From: SAR324 cluster bacterium
GTDB lineage: Bacteria; SAR324; NAC60-12
Reading direction: 5' to 3'
Length of the DNA: 64,000 bases
Assembly (NCBI GenBank): GCA_014382365.1
Contig: JACNJW010000040.1
Location: 15,589-79,588, forward strand
Shown: positions 26,301-29,300 of the stretch, one piece after another
Layout: each line of letters begins with the position of its first letter
How positions within the stretch are numbered: the stretch's first letter is position 1
Made by a program: the position numbers and the translations under genes
The notes under the pieces: model-generated
Databases searched by the model: none
What the model saw: the letters and a program-made list of their open reading frames with translations, nothing else
Told to the model about the DNA's origin: nothing

Positions 26301-29300
26301 ACCATTGTCTGAAGTAAGTAAACCTCCACTTTCGATTATTAAGGAATTGTTCAGTGAAGTATCTATTTGGCCCAAATTCAACGAGTCACCATTGTCTATA
26401 TTTAATGTTGAATTGAACATCACTTCTGTTACATTACTTCCCAGTGTTAAGGCATTTCCGTTCAGGTCCAAGGTGGTGAAATCAAGACGCCCATTACTTG
26501 AGAGGGTTGTATCTCCATTCAATACTACAGAACTATTATTCAAACCATACCAACTGTCAGCCAGAGAAACTGTACCCTTTGGTTTAAAAACTGAATTCTC
26601 TAAATACAAATTACCATTGCTGAAAGTTAGTCCATCCTGCAAAATCAACTCACCGTCAAGCACTCGAATGGAAGCATTATCTGCTGAAACAGTTTTTTGT
26701 AATGTGAGCGTACCTTTATTGAAATTGATATTTCCTTGTTCGATTTGGACATCTCCGACAATGTTGAGGCTCATATTATCAACCTCTAAATAAGTACCAT
26801 TATTGCTGGAGTTGTCGTTTTCATATTGTACAGAGAGCATTTCCAGATTTCCGATGGTGTTACTACCGTAGTCGGTCCTAAAAATATGTCCGTAAGAATT
26901 AATTTGGAGCGTAGTTGCTGAAGAGGTGGTGATGCCATCCAGATTATGTTTGCTGCTCAATTCCAGACGACCGCCGGAAAGGTCTATTAGATTATCCGAA
27001 GGAGTAACATTTGCATCATGATCCAGAACCAAAGTTCCAGCAACCGCCACATTGCCCTGCAAATTCAGATTGCCGTTCCAGCCAATTTTAATTTTTCCGT
27101 TTTGGGTGACATTTCCTCCCGAAAGATTGAGTGCACCGTTTTGTATTTCTACTGTTCCATCATCAAGCGTCAAATTTCCGTTGAAACTCACATCTCCCTG
27201 ATAACTATGGATGGTCGCATTATCTTTCAGTGTTACATCACCGGAGAGAGTTAGATTTGCATCGTCAGTTTGGATACCTATGTAATGAGAGTTATTGTCC
27301 AGGTGTGTCTCAGTTAGAATATCGTTTTGATACTCATACCATTTAACAAAACCACTCGACAAAGCGGCAGAACTAGGTTGAAGCAAAATGTCTCCACCCA
27401 GAGTTAGAGTGGATGCATTATCATGCATCAGCAATCCCCAACCGTTAGGTTCATAGCTGTCAAATGTGACTGCAGATCCCGGCTCAAAAATAGTATTAGC
27501 ATTTAATCTAAGTGTGCTGGCAGAGGTAGTAAACGTACCGCCATCGTAATTCCCAAACGGTCCACCAAGTTCTAAAATACTGTTGCTCAAATCCAATTCA
27601 CTGTTTGCCCCTAAACCTCCACCTTTTTCCAGCTTAAGAGTTCCCCCTCCCATCTCCAGTTTGCCGTGTTCAAGGTAGAAAGATCGTGTCATAGTTACGT
27701 CAACCCCTTGAGCAATCAAAGCACCCACATTACTATTATTGAGAGTACCATTATCACCATAATTTGGAGCCCAAAAGCTACCTGTTGTTAAACTGGTAAT
27801 TGCTGAATTCAAAGTTAAAGTGTTGCCTTTCGCGCTTATTCCTTTAAACAAAAGGACACCGGTTTTTGTGATACCTGCGTCGCCAACCAAACCTAAGTAT
27901 GTCTCACTGTCTGTAACCACATCTGTAAAATCAAATTCCGGCCCTCCTCCAAGATCAATACCGTCTGCTAGTGTTAAAGTGTTACCATTGGTTTTCAAAA
28001 GAGAAGAGGCTCCTGTAAATTCCATCCATGAGACTGTGAGATTTGTCCTTAAATCTAAGGTTGTGTTTTCCAGCAACATTCCTGTTTCATTATCCGCGAA
28101 AGTAGTCCCTGCTGATCCTGCTTCATAAGTTACAGTTCCACCACTGGACATTATTCCTCCTGCCAGCACATTGACTGGACCATTCAGAGTCAAATCTGCA
28201 AGCCCTGTATCAAGTCCATTCTCTCCGGGATAATTAATGGTGAGTCCTTCATTAATAGTCAAATCAGTAGTTTCCGAACCCAGCTTCAACCAATGCTGGC
28301 CCAGCTCGACAGTCTTTAGTGATATTGGATTAGCACTGCTGAGTGTTGTATCAGCAGTTAGTTTAATTGTGCTTTTGTCGTCAAAAGCCATTCCGTCAAG
28401 GGACAGCGTTCCGCTCGTCTCCAAAACCCCTCCGGATGCCGCAGTTCCACCAGAAAAATCAAGAATATTGTTGTTTAGTGTAATTGTCGAAGTGTCTTTC
28501 AATTTCAAAGTTCCGGCAACACTTAAACCTGCATTCAGCACCAAGGAACCACTACTGATTTCCAGCTTGGCATCCGAAGCAATTGTGCTGACATTTCCCA
28601 AAGAAATACTACCGTCATCTACTTCAATTTCTCCTGCTGACAATGTTAAGCCACCGGATAAAGTCAGATCCGCGCTACCGACTTTGATTTTTTCGTTTTC
28701 ATTACTCAGGCTTAAAATATTACTTATAGTTAAATCAGTTGATGCCGATCCCAAAGTCAAATCATTTCCATTCAAGGCCAGTGATTGAAAACTAAGCGGA
28801 CTGTAACTAAATATACTAACATCATTAAGGAGTTTAAATTCTGTAGTCGATGAGGCCATGTTGCCGCTCAGTATATTGCTCAGATGACTGCTGAGATTTA
28901 CTTTTGAATCCGAGAGATCCATATTTCCATCTTCCAGCGTTACTCCTCCTGAAAGCGTCAGTTCAACATTTTGCAGACTTACTGTTCCTTGATTGTGCAG
29001 CAAACCGCCGACTGTAACTTGCGGGTTATCCGGAAAGTCATCATCGAGATTTTTCAATGCAACATCCGCTCTCGAATCCAGATAGAGATGCTTAACTTCA
29101 GTCTCAGTCAGTGCACGGTTATATAGGCGAAATTCGTCCAGGTTTCCACCAAAATAATTACAAAAGCATTCACCCTGTTCACCAATGTAAAGGGGTGCTG
29201 ACGTTCCACCGTTATCTATGGCAGTGATATTACTATAGTAGGGACCGTCTTCAACTCCATTAAGATAAAAATAAATGCGCAACTGTTCGCCGATATCCTC